From contig NC_083416.1 in the NCBI RefSeq assembly GCF_020745735.1, positions 67,357,131 through 67,421,130 of the forward strand: 64,000 nucleotides of DNA, written 5' to 3'. Each line of letters opens with the position of its first letter. The first letter of the stretch is position 1. Both the position numbers and the translations under genes were made by a program. The notes beneath the pieces are model-generated. The model searched no databases. It was given only the letters and a program-made list of their open reading frames with translations, and was not told where the DNA came from. Positions 22,679 to 36,700 of this stretch are shown here, in pieces. Source of the DNA: Hemiscyllium ocellatum (lineage: Eukaryota).

Positions 22679-25600
22679 CTATCAGCAAACAAAGATACAC
22701 AATGTGTTCTTAGAACTTAAATTTGTCATTAACCAAATATTATTTACAACAGTGAAAAAGACAATGCAAGAACATGGAGGAATGTTGCAAATGCCATATC
22801 TTGGTAGCTCAGAGCATGCATCAGTGTAGAGGAACCAGATGTCAATGTGAAGTGAAAAGAAGTGAGCAATAAAAAGAAACACATAAAACAGAGAGTTGCT
22901 TGCGTTCAATTGCTCAATCTGCCAGGAACAATGCTCCATGAGTTATAGGTCAGATGTTCCTGCATTACATTTATGGAAGACTTAATCTGAAAAGCTGACT
23001 AAAATAAACATTTTCATCATTGGAGATTTTGTAAAGGGCTCTCATTTTACAATGGCTTTTCTTGACAAATATTTAAAAACTCAAATAAATATTTTGCTAC
23101 CATTCCCCATTTGCCCTCCATAACACCTACTTGTGAACATGTGAAATTATCTATCCAGGAAGATGTGAATGCTCTGTCACGGAGTACATTTAGAGCTGAA
23201 GTAGACATATCTTTGATCTCTTAGGGAATCAAAGGAAACTGGGTCTGCTGGCAAAGCAAATTTGAATTGGAAGGCAGTCCATGACTGTACTGGGTGGTGG
23301 GACAAGATCTACTCCTCCTCATAGTACATTCTTGTTAGAAGAAAACAAACTTGTCCCTACACCTTTGGCCTTCACAGAAAACAAAGCACTGTGCCTCTCA
23401 CTTATACTTTTGATTTTGAGACTTGACACCTTTACGAGCACAACTTGCACTTGAATGCATTTTATGCAATCTCTAAGCACATTTCATTCTGGCATTTATA
23501 CAAGGACCTTAACAAAGCATTGGCAACAATAAAAGATTACCTTGCGTGAGTTGGTGCATCCTATTCTGCACTGGTACAGAAAGTTTTCCCGATTGCCACA
23601 TGTCCCGAAGTATTAATAACCTTCTGCCAATATCATCACAAACTTGTTTCTAGATAAGTTTAAAAATAAATTGAGTTATCTTCTGTTATAGCCACGGAAT
23701 GTTGAAACTTCTGCAGTATTCAACATGATGCAATAGTCTTCATGTCACTTAATACCAACCATCAAAATATTGCTTTAGTTAAAATAAAATTTTGACATAC
23801 TATTAATAAATTACTGTTTCCACCATTACATCATCAGTTCATTCGTTAATATCCATCTGCACCATTCATTAATTCCTACACATGAACAGTCAATCCATTG
23901 GCAATAGCTTTTGTAACAGACTAAATTTAAACTTTTAGGATATGAAGTGTTATGATCACTGTGGGGCAGCATGGTGGCTCAGTGGTTACCACTGCTGCCT
24001 CACAGTGCCAGGGACCCAGATTCCATTACGGCCTCGGGCGACTGTCTGTGTGGAGTTTGCACATTTTCCCTGTGTCTGCATGGGTTTCTTCCCACAGTCC
24101 AAAGATGTTCAGGTTCGGTGTATAGGCCATGCTAAATTGCCCATAAATGTTCAGGGATGTGTAGTTTAGGTGCATTAGTCAGGGGTTAAACTTAGGGTAG
24201 GGGAATGGGTCTGGGTGGGTTCATCTTTGGAGGGTTGGTGTGGACTTGTTGGGCCGAAGGGGCTGTTTGCACACTATAGGAATTCGAATTCTCTCTCATT
24301 GATATTATATTCCCTTTATGACGAAATGCCTGCTTTTCAGTCTCGATTACCTCATTATTTCCTAATTAAAATTAAAATTTCCTAATTAAAATTAGGAACC
24401 ATGGATACGGGCAATGATAACTGTCATCCAATATCTCACTATTCCATAACATATCAACAGGGCGGCACGGTGGCACAGTGGTTAGCACTGCTGCCTCACA
24501 GCACCAGAGACCCGGGTTCAATTCCCGACTCAGGCGACTGACTGTGTGGCGTTTGCACGTTCTCCCCGTGTCTGTGTGGGTTTCCTCCGGGTGCTCCGGT
24601 TTCCTCCCACAGTCCAAAGATGTGCGGGTCAGGTGAATTGGCCATGCTAAATTGCCCGTAGTGTTAGGTAAGGGGTAAATGTAGGAGTATGGGTGGGTTG
24701 CGCTTCGGCGGGTCGGTGTGGACTTGTTGGGCCGAAGGGCCTGTTTCCACACTAAGTAATCTAAATCTAAATTTTGTTGAATCTTTACCGATGCTAGATA
24801 GCTATGCACAGGATTCATTTGCAATGGGAACCCAAAGGAGGAAGAAAATCACAACTTGAAAGATAAGTATGTATTGTTGCTTACAGTTGCCATAAGTTTA
24901 AAGATTCAAACTTTGGACCATGTCTCAAAAACCATAAGACCACGAGAAACGTGAATAGGAGGATGGCTGTTAGGCCCATTGAGCCTGCTCTGCCATTCAA
25001 TAAGATCACTGTTGATCCAATACTCCTCGTGCAATTCCTGCCTTCTCCCCATAATCTTTGATGACCGTACTGATCAAGAATCTATCTCAGTGTAAAATAG
25101 ACAAAAGAACTCTGCTCCAACAGTTCTCTATGGCAAGGGGCTCCAAAGACACTAAATCCTTTGAGAAGAAACTTCTCCACATGCAGTCTGCAATTGGTTC
25201 TCCTTAATTTTGAGATTGTGTCCTCTGGTCCTAGACATTCCCAGAAGGCAAAATATGTTCTCAGCATTTACCCTGTCAAATCCCTTAAGAATCCTGTATG
25301 TTTCAATGAGGTAACCTCTCATTCTTCTGAACTCAAGTGAGTAGCATCCCAATCTGTTTAGTCTTTGCTCTCTAGTCGATCCCTCCATACCACAGATCAT
25401 CCTTGTGAACCTTCTCTGAACTGTCTCTAATGAAATTATATCCTTTCTTAAATATGATGTGGAGGTGCTGGTGATGCACTGGGGTGGATAAAGTTAAAAA
25501 TCACATCAGGTTATAGTTCAACAGGTTTATTTGGAAGCACAAGTTTTTGGAGCGTTGTTCCTTTGTCAAGTAGCTGTTGTGTGATTTTTTTTTAAAACTT

Positions 25601-28600
25601 TGCTGAAATCAGGGACCAAGACTGCTCACAGTACTCCAGATGTAATCTCACCAGTACCTGCACTGTTGCATTAAGACTTCCTTAATCTTATCCACTACCA
25701 GTGTTGAAACAAGGGCCAACATTTTGATTATCTGCTGCCCTGTGTGCTAGCTTTCTGAGTTTCATGCAAAAGTACCCCCAAGTACTTTTGTGTTTCAGTT
25801 TTGTGCAGTTTTCCTCCCCAAACAATACTTTGCTCTCCCTTCCAAAATGAACTTCACATTTTCCCACATTATAATCCACTTATCAATGTTTTTGCCCACT
25901 TACATTACCTATTGATATCTCCCTGTAAACTGTACATATCCTTCTCATAACCTACCTATTTTTAACATTGTCTACAATCTTGGCTTGAGTACATTTACTT
26001 TCTTGCTCCAAGTCATTCATATATAATGTAAACAGTTGTGGTCCCACCACTGATCCTGTTAAACTCCACCGGTTACAGATCACCAACTTAAAAAAATGAA
26101 ACCCAGATCCCCACTCGCTGTTTCATGCTCATAGCCAATTGTCTATCAATGTCAATACGCTGTTTCCAACACTTTGGGGTCTTATTTTATGACTTAATCT
26201 TTTATGAAGTATCCAGTCGCACACCCTCTGGAAGTCCAAACAGAATGTATCCAATCTATTCACTCTAGTTGAGACTTGTTTACAATGCTCTCATAAACTA
26301 GACAGACATAATTTCACTTTAATGAAGCCATGCTGATATTGCTTGATTAGATTATGATTTTCCAAATGTTATGCTATTACTTGCTTAATAATTGATGCCA
26401 ATATTTTTCTAATCATAGATGGTTAGTCAGCCTATAGATACCCACTTTTTGTCTTCCTCCCTTTCGAATAGGGGCAGTTTTCAAATCCTCTGACTTGAGT
26501 AGATGATTAAGCTGAGATTTTGTTGTGATACTTTATTCTTAAAGTTGCTTTCCTTCAGATACGGTGCTAAACCAATGCTTCAGTTTCCTGTTCCACTGGT
26601 TTGGTGAGGATTAGAAAATCTATATCATTACTCAATAGGCAGCTACATTGTCCTGGAGCTTTGGTCAGTAGTTTTCTTTCTGCTAACAGCACAAAAGATA
26701 AAGCTACTGGGTGGCACAATGATTAGCGCTGCCACTTCACAGCGCCAGGGACTCAGGTTCAACTCCAGACTTGGGTATTTATCTGTGCAGAGTTTCCACG
26801 TTCTCCCCATGTTTATGCGGGTTTCTGGCAGGTGCTCCAGTTACCTTGTACAGTCCAAAGATGTGCAGGTTAGGTGGATTGGCCATGGCAGCTACAGAGT
26901 TACAGGGACTGGGTAGGGGTGGGATATTCTTGGGGGGTCAATATGGACTCAATGGACCAAATGACCTCTTTCCACACTGTAGGGATTCTATGACTCTACA
27001 AACATGGCATCCATCTCACTGTGGCTTGCAGGACACAATGCCAAGCCAATGTGCAAATTTAACAATGGTACATCAAATAATTTGCTGTGTGTGAATTACC
27101 TTTGGAATGTTTTTCAGAGAGTAATAAGGTTCTATAAATGTAATCTTTTTCTACAAAAAGTACAAAATTTAGGTTTGTTCTGTTTAACAGTTAATTGAGA
27201 TTATTCTAATACCCATTATATATTTACAATATGATTTTCTTCTTACCTCAACTTTGCAAGTGTGCAAGTATTGATGTCAAGAGTGTGGTGCTGGAAAAGC
27301 ACACCTGATGAAGGCTTTTGCCCGAAACGTTGATTTTTCCTGCTCCTCGGACGCTGCCTGACCTGCTGTGCTTTTCCAAAACCACACTCTTGACTCTAAT
27401 CTCCAGCATCTGCAGTACTCACTTTCGCCTGCAAGTATTGGTGCTAGTTGTATTTGCACAAATATTCAATATTCTGGGAATATGTATACAACTTTGTTCC
27501 CCAAGCTCTCACAACTGTCAAGTTAACTCCACAATCAAGTACTGTGAGGAGTGTTGACGTGCGGGGCGATCTGATCATTTTGTGAAAACCATCTTGACTG
27601 ATGTTCAGAATTCCTGAGGCACAGAACTCACTGTGCAATTAATTAGTTACCTGAATCAACATTTTATGTATATCACTTTACACAATTGTTTAGCTGTGTT
27701 AAGTGTTTAACATTGCAGAGGGGATTGATTTCGATAGCTGCATACCTATATAGTCTTGTGTTGATCACTTCACATCAGCCAGCATTGTATCTGCAGCATT
27801 GTCACTGTTTTTACAACCTAATGGGATAAGATTTCTTAAGCCTGAAGCAACTACTTAATTTCTGAAACAATATCATTCATTCTCCACTTACCTTTACATG
27901 TTTCCTACAAGTCTCCAGTGTCTTATTTAATGGACTTAAAACATCTTCCAAATTTACCTCAAAATCAGACATAACTGTAGCATTTTGCACTGGCTTACAA
28001 TTATCAGATAAACTGGAATGCTTCGGAGGTGGTGGCAGTGGCTTCTTCTCACACGTTACAGAAGGAGATGGTGGTATAATTGCAGAAGGAATTCCTGTTG
28101 GTCTATAATCTACAGGAAAATATGCACAACACATTGGTAGAATCAAGCTTTTGGAAAAACATCTCTATCTATGCGACTGACAGTAATTGAAATTGATGGT
28201 ACTTTATAGAAGAAAAGCATAACTTGGACTAGATTTTAAGAAAGGAACGGAGTAATTTCTGAATTAAATTCATTCTATTATGTTAATGTTTTACCAGAGA
28301 TCGACATCATGAACAGAATGGTAGGAGGTAGCTTCCCAGGTTCGTTTTCCCATGTGGTCAATTCCCATTTGTGTTTAGGAGGAAGTGCAGAGCAAAAAAC
28401 AGATGACAGGTCTCGGGGAGGGAGAAAAGGAAGTGAGCCAGATTACTACTATAGAAATCCTAATGACATGGCGAGAGATCATCCTACAGAGAGGTTGCCA
28501 GCCCACTCCTTAGAACAAAGAGTAAAGTATTTCAGGAAATTCACACTGGAAGATGAGATGAAAAAAAAATGAGCAGGTAAAAGGTTAAAACTATTTTAAC

Positions 28601-30454
28601 ATTGCAGTATTATAGTGCAGCCCCAATGAAAGAGAAAGTGCAGATTTAAGTAAATGGCAATTCTTACTTGCTCCTCATATTTTGTCAATAGGCGTACAAA
28701 TAGGAGTGTCAAATGAGATGGTTTGATCACATTAAAAAAGTGATACTCACAATTCTGACATAACTGTATTTCAAATATTTATGATTATCAATACTAAACA
28801 GATAGTCTACCTTTTGTTGAACATGTAATGTGGTAATTAATGCTCACCTTTTGGTTTATCTAGCTGTGGTGCTGATACTCGCTTAGTGAGAAAATGCTTC
28901 CTTGGACCTATCTGTGCTTGTGTCTGCAAACCATACGAAAACTGGGGAGGATCATTCCAGCCTCGCTCCTGATTTCCTTTTTAAAATAGGAATGTTTATT
29001 AAATAACTCCGTGAAAGTGACGATACCAAAATAAAACATCCCAAAGTACTTCAAGACTGAAATGTATGTAATATAGAGAATGCTTTGAATATTTTCACAA
29101 ATATTTCTTTTCATAACTATATTTCTCTACAAGCAATAATTGATTACAATTATTCTCCAAAACTATATTGCCAAATCTGTTAGTGTTAAGTATTTCCTTA
29201 ACAAACAAGGAAAATGACCTTTTTCCTTTTCTTTCTGTTAAACCACAATTAAGTGTAGCCTGAAGTAAATACCAGCTGTGGATATTAGGACACAGACAGA
29301 TATTATGATCTCCTACCAATGAGCAAGCAAAATGCTTAGACAGGTTTCATTTACTCTGCTCTTCTAAAGTAAAGATCTCTGTCATTGCTCAAGTTATCTA
29401 CTATTATCTTAAATCAATTAATCCATAGAAAACATACTTTTCATCTGCTACAAAATGTTTTGATGTCAGATCCTCAAGTAAGAAACATGACTGTCACTTC
29501 AAAGGACACGTAACCCCTTATTTGGTGGTAGCACATTTATTTTGAAAAAAGACAAGTATGATCAAATTAATTTCATCGCAGCTTATGTACTTCAAGGTAA
29601 GAATATCACTGAGCACCACTGAAATGTATTTCTCCCTTGGTCACACGATAGAATCAAGTAAAGTTTCTCTTTCTCTACTCAAAACGTACGGAAACATTAT
29701 TAGACCAGTGTCAACCTTTCCATTGCAAACCTTGAGTCAGAGAACTTTATAGAAGCAACAGCTGTTCGGCCAAACTGATGTGCGTTGACGTTAACGCACC
29801 ACACCCTGACATTCCTATCTCTCGTGTGTTTCCCTAAAGCTTGCCTTTGAATATGTCCGTTTGGGACAGCTTTCAATCGGTCACGTAAATATCGCGCAGA
29901 CAAGTGGCAATGCTTAATAAATTGTGAACGTGTGTAGCAGTGGCTGGCAGCCAGACGAAACGAGCCTGGTGCAAAAGTCAATCAGCACCATCTCCCCTGA
30001 CCAGGAGATGTCATTTGGCAGGACTTTTCAAGGGAAGACCAAGACTTTGCTCCGCAGCATTAAACGTGGCTTGTTCAACAGCCAGAGGAACAGACACCCC
30101 ATTCCATTAAATATATTAGTCTCCTTTAAAACGTGGAGATACACACCCCCCTTCTAATCTCCTTCCGAACACAGTCCTGGTGCCTCAGGTTTAAATGTAC
30201 AGACGTGACCCGCTGCAGGGGGGCAGCACGTCCCTTCCCGCCCACTGCTGACTCCAGCCTCAGTGCCACGTAAACCAGGGCATCACTCACTGGGCCCTGA
30301 TCCCCACGCAGCCCCCGCCCCCAGTCCACCTTCATTCCCTCCTGCCCTTCCTCAGGGAGTCACCAGCCTGAACTCCAGCTGCTGTCCCCCCCACACGAAA
30401 CCCCTGTGCCTCCCTCCCCGCTCTCTCACCGGGTTTCACGAACAGATCCGACAT
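22524..30454 (-). CDS. SRA1: Steroid receptor RNA activator 1 protein (SRAP), whole CDS, 211 aa
   Basis: join(30430-30454,28848-28976,27892-28109,23541-23649,22524-22678) = 636 nt. Motifs [60 protein letters not shown]. All introns GT-AG with consistent phases. Confidence 0.95.
23541..23649 (-). CDS. SRA1: SRA1 exon 4
   Basis: [31 protein letters not shown]..., 109 nt. Confidence 0.94.
23960..24290 (+). mobile_element. tRNA-derived SINE (older copy)
   Basis: Homologous to 20535-20845. Confidence 0.82.
24460..24770 (+). mobile_element. tRNA-derived SINE (young copy)
   Basis: Near-identical to 20535-20845. Confidence 0.9.
24930..26490 (-). mobile_element. Degenerate CR1-type LINE
   Basis: [15 protein letters not shown] and YNVGKCEV remnants. 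Confidence 0.8.
26705..26997 (+). mobile_element. tRNA-derived SINE (degenerate)
   Basis: Same head, core and tail. Confidence 0.75.
27277..27429 (+). mobile_element. Short PLE-tail element with hammerhead and short inverted 5' end
   Basis: CTGATGA..GCCC GAAACGTT at 27305-27331. TSD TGCAAGTATTG at 27263-27273 and 27430-27440. Confidence 0.85.
27892..28109 (-). CDS. SRA1: SRA1 exon 3 (proline-rich linker, ...[19 protein letters not shown])
   Basis: AG and GTAAGT boundaries, phase fits. Confidence 0.9.
28848..28976 (-). CDS. SRA1: SRA1 exon 2
   Basis: [20 protein letters not shown]...; AG and GTGAG boundaries. Confidence 0.94.
30430..30454 (-). CDS. SRA1: SRA1 exon 1 coding part (MSDLFVKP)
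   Basis: ATG, 25 nt, GTGAG donor, in CpG-rich region. Confidence 0.9.
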
Positions 30455-30565
30455 CTCGCCGCCGTCACCCGCTGCGCCGCCTCCACTTGGCCGGCGGCAG
30501 GCTTCCGGCGCGCGTTCGTCACATCCGCTTTCGCGCGGCATTGCGTCATAGTACGGCAAAGGCTG
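30455..30565 (-). promoter_or_regulatory. CpG-rich SRA1 5'UTR and core promoter
   Basis: CpG-dense. CTTCCGG (ETS-like, 30502), TTTCGCGC (E2F consensus, 30529-30536), TTGCGTCAT (CRE/ATF-like, 30541-30549). Confidence 0.6.
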
Positions 30566-30569
30566 GAAT

Positions 30570-31320
30570 TCCATGTGCCGTACACCCCGGTGTGTGTGGG
30601 GGGGAAGGGGGGCTCCATGTGCCGTACTCCCCAGTGTGTGGGGGCTCCATGTGCCGTACACCCCGGTGTGTGGGGGCTCCATGTGCCGTACAGCCCGGTG
30701 TGTGTGGGGGGGAAGGGGGGCTCCATGTGCCGTACACCCCAGTGTGTGGGGGCTCCATGTGCCGTACACCCCAGAGTGTGGGGGCTCCATGTGCCGTACA
30801 CCCCGGTGTGTGGGGGCTCCATGTGCCGTACAGCCCGGTGTGTGGGGGCTCCATGTGCCGTACACCCCAGTGTGTGGGGGCTCCATGTGCCGTACACCCC
30901 AGTGTGTGGGGGCTCCATGTGCCGTACACCCCAGAGTGTGGGGGCTCCATGTGCCGTACACCCCGGTGTGTGGGGGCTCCATGTGCCGTACAGCCCGGTG
31001 TGTGGGGGCTCCATGTGCCGTACAGCCCGGTGTGTGTGGGGGGGAAGGGGGGCTCCATGTGCCGTACTCCCCAGTGTGTGGGGGCTCCATGTGCCGTACA
31101 GCCCGGTGTGTGTGGGCTCCATGTGCCGTACACCCCAGTGTGTGTGGGCTCCATGTGCCGTACAGCCCGGTGTGTGTGGGGGGAGGGGGGCTCCATGTGC
31201 CGTACAGTCCGGTGTGTGTGTGTGGTGGGTGGGGTTGGGGTGGTCTCCATGTGCCGTACACCCCGTGTGTGGGGGCTCCATGTGCCGTACAGCCCGGTGT
31301 GTGGGGGCTCCATGTGCGGA
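30570..31320. repeat. GC-rich minisatellite, 32-bp unit CTCCATGTGCCGTACACCCCGGTGTGTGGGGG, about 21 copies, some with G-rich insertions
   Basis: Direct tandem periodicity (CTCCAT at 30721 and 30753, etc.). Confidence 0.97.
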
Positions 31321-33631
31321 ACCACGTATTGTGTGTGGGGACTTCCATTTGCCATACAGCATAGTGTATGTGGGGGTTCCCTGTGTCATGTAATCATATA
31401 GCATGGAAACAGACCTTTTAGATGAACTAGTCCATGCTAACCATGTTCACAAACTAAACTAGTCCCAGCTGTCTGCCAAATGCCCAACAGTACAGACTGT
31501 ATAATGCTCTCTGCGCCATACAATGTGATTTTCCATGCTTTCTGTGCTATATTGTTCAATCTGCTGTGCTCCCTGTACTGTACAATGTGATGGGTATGCT
31601 ATTATGTCTGTGCCATATAGCCTAGAGCGGTGAAGAACCCCACCACATAGGATGAGTGCTGCAAATGTTGATGAGAAGGGAAGGCACTTCCAGATAATAT
31701 TGGTGGAGTGGCCTGACTAGGTTCTTACTGATATCTAAACAGCATCTTGCTGTTTTTTAAACTAGGTAGCAGTCTCCCCTCAACCCACCACCAAATTGGC
31801 ATTTTACAAGAGAATGGCACAGAAACACAATATAGTACTCAAGAGTCACAATGGATGACAGCAGGGATTTGCAGAAGTCTGCCTCTAGTTTCATTTTAAC
31901 TGCTATTTAAAAGGATTGATCAACATTTCAAGTAGAATGCTGCCTAAGCCCACAGCAATGCCTCAATCTGAACCTTCAAACACCAATGTAATTTCAAACA
32001 TTCTCAATAACAGCATTTCTTTAAGCTCAATGAGATTGGCCTTATGAATGATCTACTTCCATGAATGGTCTTTTTTTTTCCCTCAGAAGTGTCTATTACA
32101 ATGGAATTCCATTGTTTGCAAATGAGTATCACAAATTAGATTGTAGATTTCCAGACTTATTTTGCATAAGGAACCGAAAGCTACTGGATAGAAAAAGGTT
32201 TCAGTCTAGATTAGATTAGATTACTTACAGTGTGGAAACAGTGTCTATTAGTCTGCACTGGACTCGAACTTGGATCCCTGGATGAAAAGCCAATACATTA
32301 AACTCTATATCACTGCATTTTTCATGATGGCACTCCAATACTAATTACATAAGGACAATCAATTCCAATTTTAATATACATATCAACGACATAGTTTACC
32401 TTTAAAAAAACTCTTCAATTATTCAAACTTTATTTTTTCTTCTGAAAGAACAATCGAAGAATTGAAGCCAAATTAAACAATCCATATATTACTGCAAGTT
32501 TAATGAGAGTCTCACTTCAATTCCATTAATGTGGTTTAAAATTGTAAATAAAGGAACTGTCTTCAACATATGAATGGTTGTGTAGACTTTCATTTTTAAA
32601 GCAGAAATATGCATCCTTAAGCTCGCATATCTGTGCTCCAGAATTTGCTGGTGGTGAGCATTTTGTGACAAATATCCAAGTTATAACTTCCTTCTCAACT
32701 TGAGGCTCCAATTATTTTAGTGCTAGAAATTACTAAAATCAAGAATAGTGCTATGGCAGCAACATGGTATATTGCAGGATAAGCAATGAAATAGTGGAAG
32801 AAACAGACATGAAAAGTAGGGGGTGATCACCCTCTACCCCCCCATCTGCAGCCAGGGAAGAAGTAGTGTCCAGCAGTACACTTGAGACTTCCCTAAGTGT
32901 CACACGTAAAAGACTTCATTCTCCAGACGGCGCATAATGTCAAGAATTAATTTAAATTCCCTTTTATAAAAAGGAAACCTTTGTTTTTGCTATTAGACCA
33001 CTTTATTAAAAAAAAGACATTTCTATTAGATCATGTATTTTCTCTTCATTAGAAAAGCAATCAGGATAATGTGAAATTGAGTCAATTTAAATGCATAAAA
33101 CAAAATAGAATAGTAATAAAGATTAAATTGAGAGTGGGAACACAAAGGAAAAGCAAGAGACATTTGAAAGCCTCGAGAGATTCCAGTTTTAATTGTTCTC
33201 TTTCTGAATTTCCAAGGTTGAGTGGTAAGTCAAGATTATTAATCACACCATTTAAAGCATACTTACAATATGCAATTGCTGTTCGAACTTTGACTCATTT
33301 CATTGTATTCACAATGTAAATCCAGGTATTCTTTGAAATTCAGAGGGACAGTAACAACAAGATCTGTTTTGCAAGGCCAATGGTGGTGCATTTCAAATTA
33401 TCCTGCAATTTGCAATCATTCACAACACAATGGTATTCTTTTTTCCCTCAAAAACACAAATTCCAGGGTTGTTTACAACTAATAATGGTGTGCTTTGCAA
33501 ATTCATCCTTATTTTCACAGCAAGTTTTGCTTCAGAGTCCTGCAGAGGCATTTCCAACAGCTTGTCTTCTGTACCTTTCCTCTCAAAGTCCAGTATTACT
33601 CTACAGGAACAATTATGTCTTTGAATTATCT

Positions 33632-33715
33632 TCACTTTCCCAAATTTGAGAAATCTGGACCTCCACCACCATAGTTTCCAGAAATGTCAGCCCCACTAAA
33701 GTCAAAGCCAGGATG
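33632..33715 (-). CDS. NUDCD2: NUDCD2 coding exon 4
   Basis: HPGFDFSGADISGNYGGGGPDFSNLGK*, candidate AATAAA on minus strand at 33002-33007. Confidence 0.94.
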   Translation of the reverse strand, partial: HPGFDFSGADISGNYGGGGPDFSNLGK

Positions 33716-36700
33716 CTGTGCAGGAAGAAAGCATAATCCATTAGTGATGAAGTTTCTAAATGTTTAATGATTATTCAAATGAAAACAATCCCTATGTGAT
33801 GTCTAGAATCCTACTAATTTGTCACAAGGCTTAGCATGCCAAAGAATTTCTAGCAAGATTAAAACATTTCATACAATCCCTACAGTGTGGGGCCATTTGG
33901 CTCATTGGAGAATCAATGTGTACTCAAAAAGCATCCCACCCAGACCCATCCTAGCCCTGTAACCAAGCATTTCCCATGGGTAAGCCCACCTAGACTGCAC
34001 ATCCCTGGATACTATGGGCCAATCCACCTAACCTGCACATCTTTGGACTGTGGGAGGAAACTGGAGCACCTGGAGGAAATTCACATAGACACGGGGAGAA
34101 TGTGCAAACTCCACACAGACGATTGCCCAAGGATGGAATTGAACCCAGGTCCTTGGCGGTGGAGGCAATAGTGCTAATCACCAACACAAACGTGGCTACC
34201 CCACAATCTTCTGCCGAGTCTCAGTTTGACCTCCCCGTCTCTCACCTTGCCCATGGTCTTGATATTTTTTTCCTGTAATGTAAGGCAACTGTAACTTCTC
34301 TCCTCTTTCACCTTTTCACTCTGCCTGGCTAGACAGAGTTATCAAGTAATTTATATCAATGTCTTTGATGCAAGAGCAGAAGTAGGCCTTTCAACCCATC
34401 AAATCTGCCCTGCCATCAATGAGATCATGGCCGACATGATCATCCTTAACTCCATTTTACTGCCTGTTCTGCAAAGTCCTTGATTCCTTACAGATTGAAA
34501 ATCTATCTCAGCCTCAATACACTTAATGATCCAGCTCTAACAGCCCTCTTCAGCAAAGATTTCCACAACTCCTACTCATCTCAGCCTTAAATGGGCAAGC
34601 CTTTCTTCTGAGATTATGGTCTCTGGTCCTAGGCTCTCTCACAATAGGAAAACAGCCATTTTACATCTATCTGGTCAAGTTCTCTAAGAATCTTGTATGT
34701 TTCAATAAAGTTATTTCTCATTCTTCTAAATTCAGAATCAACAGAACATTGCTTTTTTTCCTGAGAGAACAGCACAAAATTCAAGATGACACACAGAAGA
34801 TGATAAAAGGGAAATAAGATAATGGTTTCTGGTATTTCACTCAAGTGGTCATTCTTTACTTTGAGTGTTATCACTATAACCAGCTCATTAACTCCCGAGA
34901 GCATTGCAGTCAAGCCAGCAGAGTCAAGTTACAATGCTGACAACTCAAAGTGTGCACCTTACACCCACAAAAAGAAATATTACCACTCATCAGTAGACTT
35001 GTAGAAAAACTGCAAAAATTAAGTCAACCTGCACAGATTTCAAGGGCATTGACAGTAATACTGGGCGTGAATAGAGAAATAAAAGTACGTGGAATAGTGT
35101 CGGCTAGATGGGCTTCATATTGGTATGACTGGTCAGTGCAACAATGAGGGTCGAAGGGCCTGTACTGTGCTGTAATGTTCTATGTTCTATAAAACAAATT
35201 ACAGAATTTTGTCTGATATTGAGCTACACATACTCATAGCTACTTTGAGGGAAAATTAGCTTTTTGCCATCAGAAGTTTGCATAATTTCTGGACTGGGTT
35301 GCTAACATATTTGCTTTACATCTTATCATATTTTTTCAGATCTTAGAACAGATCTACTCTCAATCTGCTGACATTAACCAACAAGTGCCCTTTATTTTAT
35401 ATGGTTCTATTACTCACCTCCCTTTGAAACCTCTCTAGTGTAAGTTTCTTCTGCATTTCATCTTGCAGCAGGGGATCAGCATGATATTGCCCTTCCAGCA
35501 ATGAGGACCAGCAGTTCCCAGCTTCACGGTTACTTTTCCTTAGCACAATACTGATCTGTTTCTTATCCTCTGCCAAAAAGCAAAATCTTGTTAGAGACGG
35601 AAAAAAATAAGAGATGAAAATATACACTTTTTAGTTGCCCAAATGTTTCTGTCTGAAAAGAGAGCTTACGAATAGCACACATTCTTATCATGGAGCATTT
35701 AAAAATAGAAAAATAAGGTATATGGATTGTGAGGGAAGCATTTTAATTTAAGATTGTTGCCTACCTAGAGTCCACGTTCCTTCATCAGATACAGTAGAAT
35801 CGAAGAGCTTCCCCTGAAAATTAAGCGACATTTGCCAGTGACAATTTTGACGACTGCACAAAAGTCAAAATTCAATTTCCTAGGTTCTTTGTCTTTAACT
35901 TCATATGGAATATTATGTTAGCCCATGTCTCCAATTCTGCTTGACTCAAAAATTTGAGAGTTAAAGGCCCAGTTTAGGGCTTGAAAACAATCCAGCACTT
36001 CAGTGTAACATTGGGAGATTCCATCATTGTTACTGGTGCCACTTTTCAGTGGTACACTTCTTTTAAAAAACAAAAAGCAGCCCATGAAACATTTTGTGGC
36101 ATACAACGAACATGAAATATTCTGTAATTGCAATTTACTTCTTCCTTCACCTGCTATTAGAATTGTTCTCAAAACAGTTTGCATGCAAATGCAGTATCTT
36201 ATTCAAACTAACAGTTCTTAAAGGTATTTCTGGATTTCTCAGTGCATGTCTAACCAATATAACTCATCATATTCAATCGCTAGCTTGCACAAATACCACA
36301 GGTCTAAAACAGATCAGAGCTCAGATCAATGCTGGAACTCCAATGCAAATTTTCATGAACAAATATTCCTTCACAACATGAAATGAGGTGAAAAAAATAA
36401 TTTTCTGATATTTGCCTAAAGAAAGACATTTTGTTGAACTTTTTCATCCTGCACTCATCACAATTCACAAGAATTATTAGATTCCCTACAGTGTGCACAC
36501 AGGCCCTTCGGCCCAACAAGTCCACACCAACCATCCGAAGAGTAACCCACCCCGACCCATTTCCCTCTCACTAATGCACCTAACACTATGGGCAACTTAA
36601 CATGGCCAATTCACCTGCTCCCAGGAGGACCAATTCCACTATCGAACAACTCAAATGGCCTCCTTCTTCAAAGACTGCAATTTCCCCTCCGACAGTGGTC

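Noticed and set aside
29840-30120. Possible ancient Deu-domain SINE remnants (also about 4895-4990, 35930-36130, 45870-46060)
   Set aside because: Similarity is from memory and too weak to support without an alignment.
30570-31320. CRISPR-like appearance (constant CTCCATGTGCCGTAC with a variable part)
   Set aside because: The variable parts are near-identical variants, not unique spacers. There are no cas genes and the context is vertebrate.
30263-31404. Six long overlapping ORFs (263-376 aa)
   Set aside because: They arise from a 32-bp tandem unit that lacks stop codons; the peptides are periodic with no domain.
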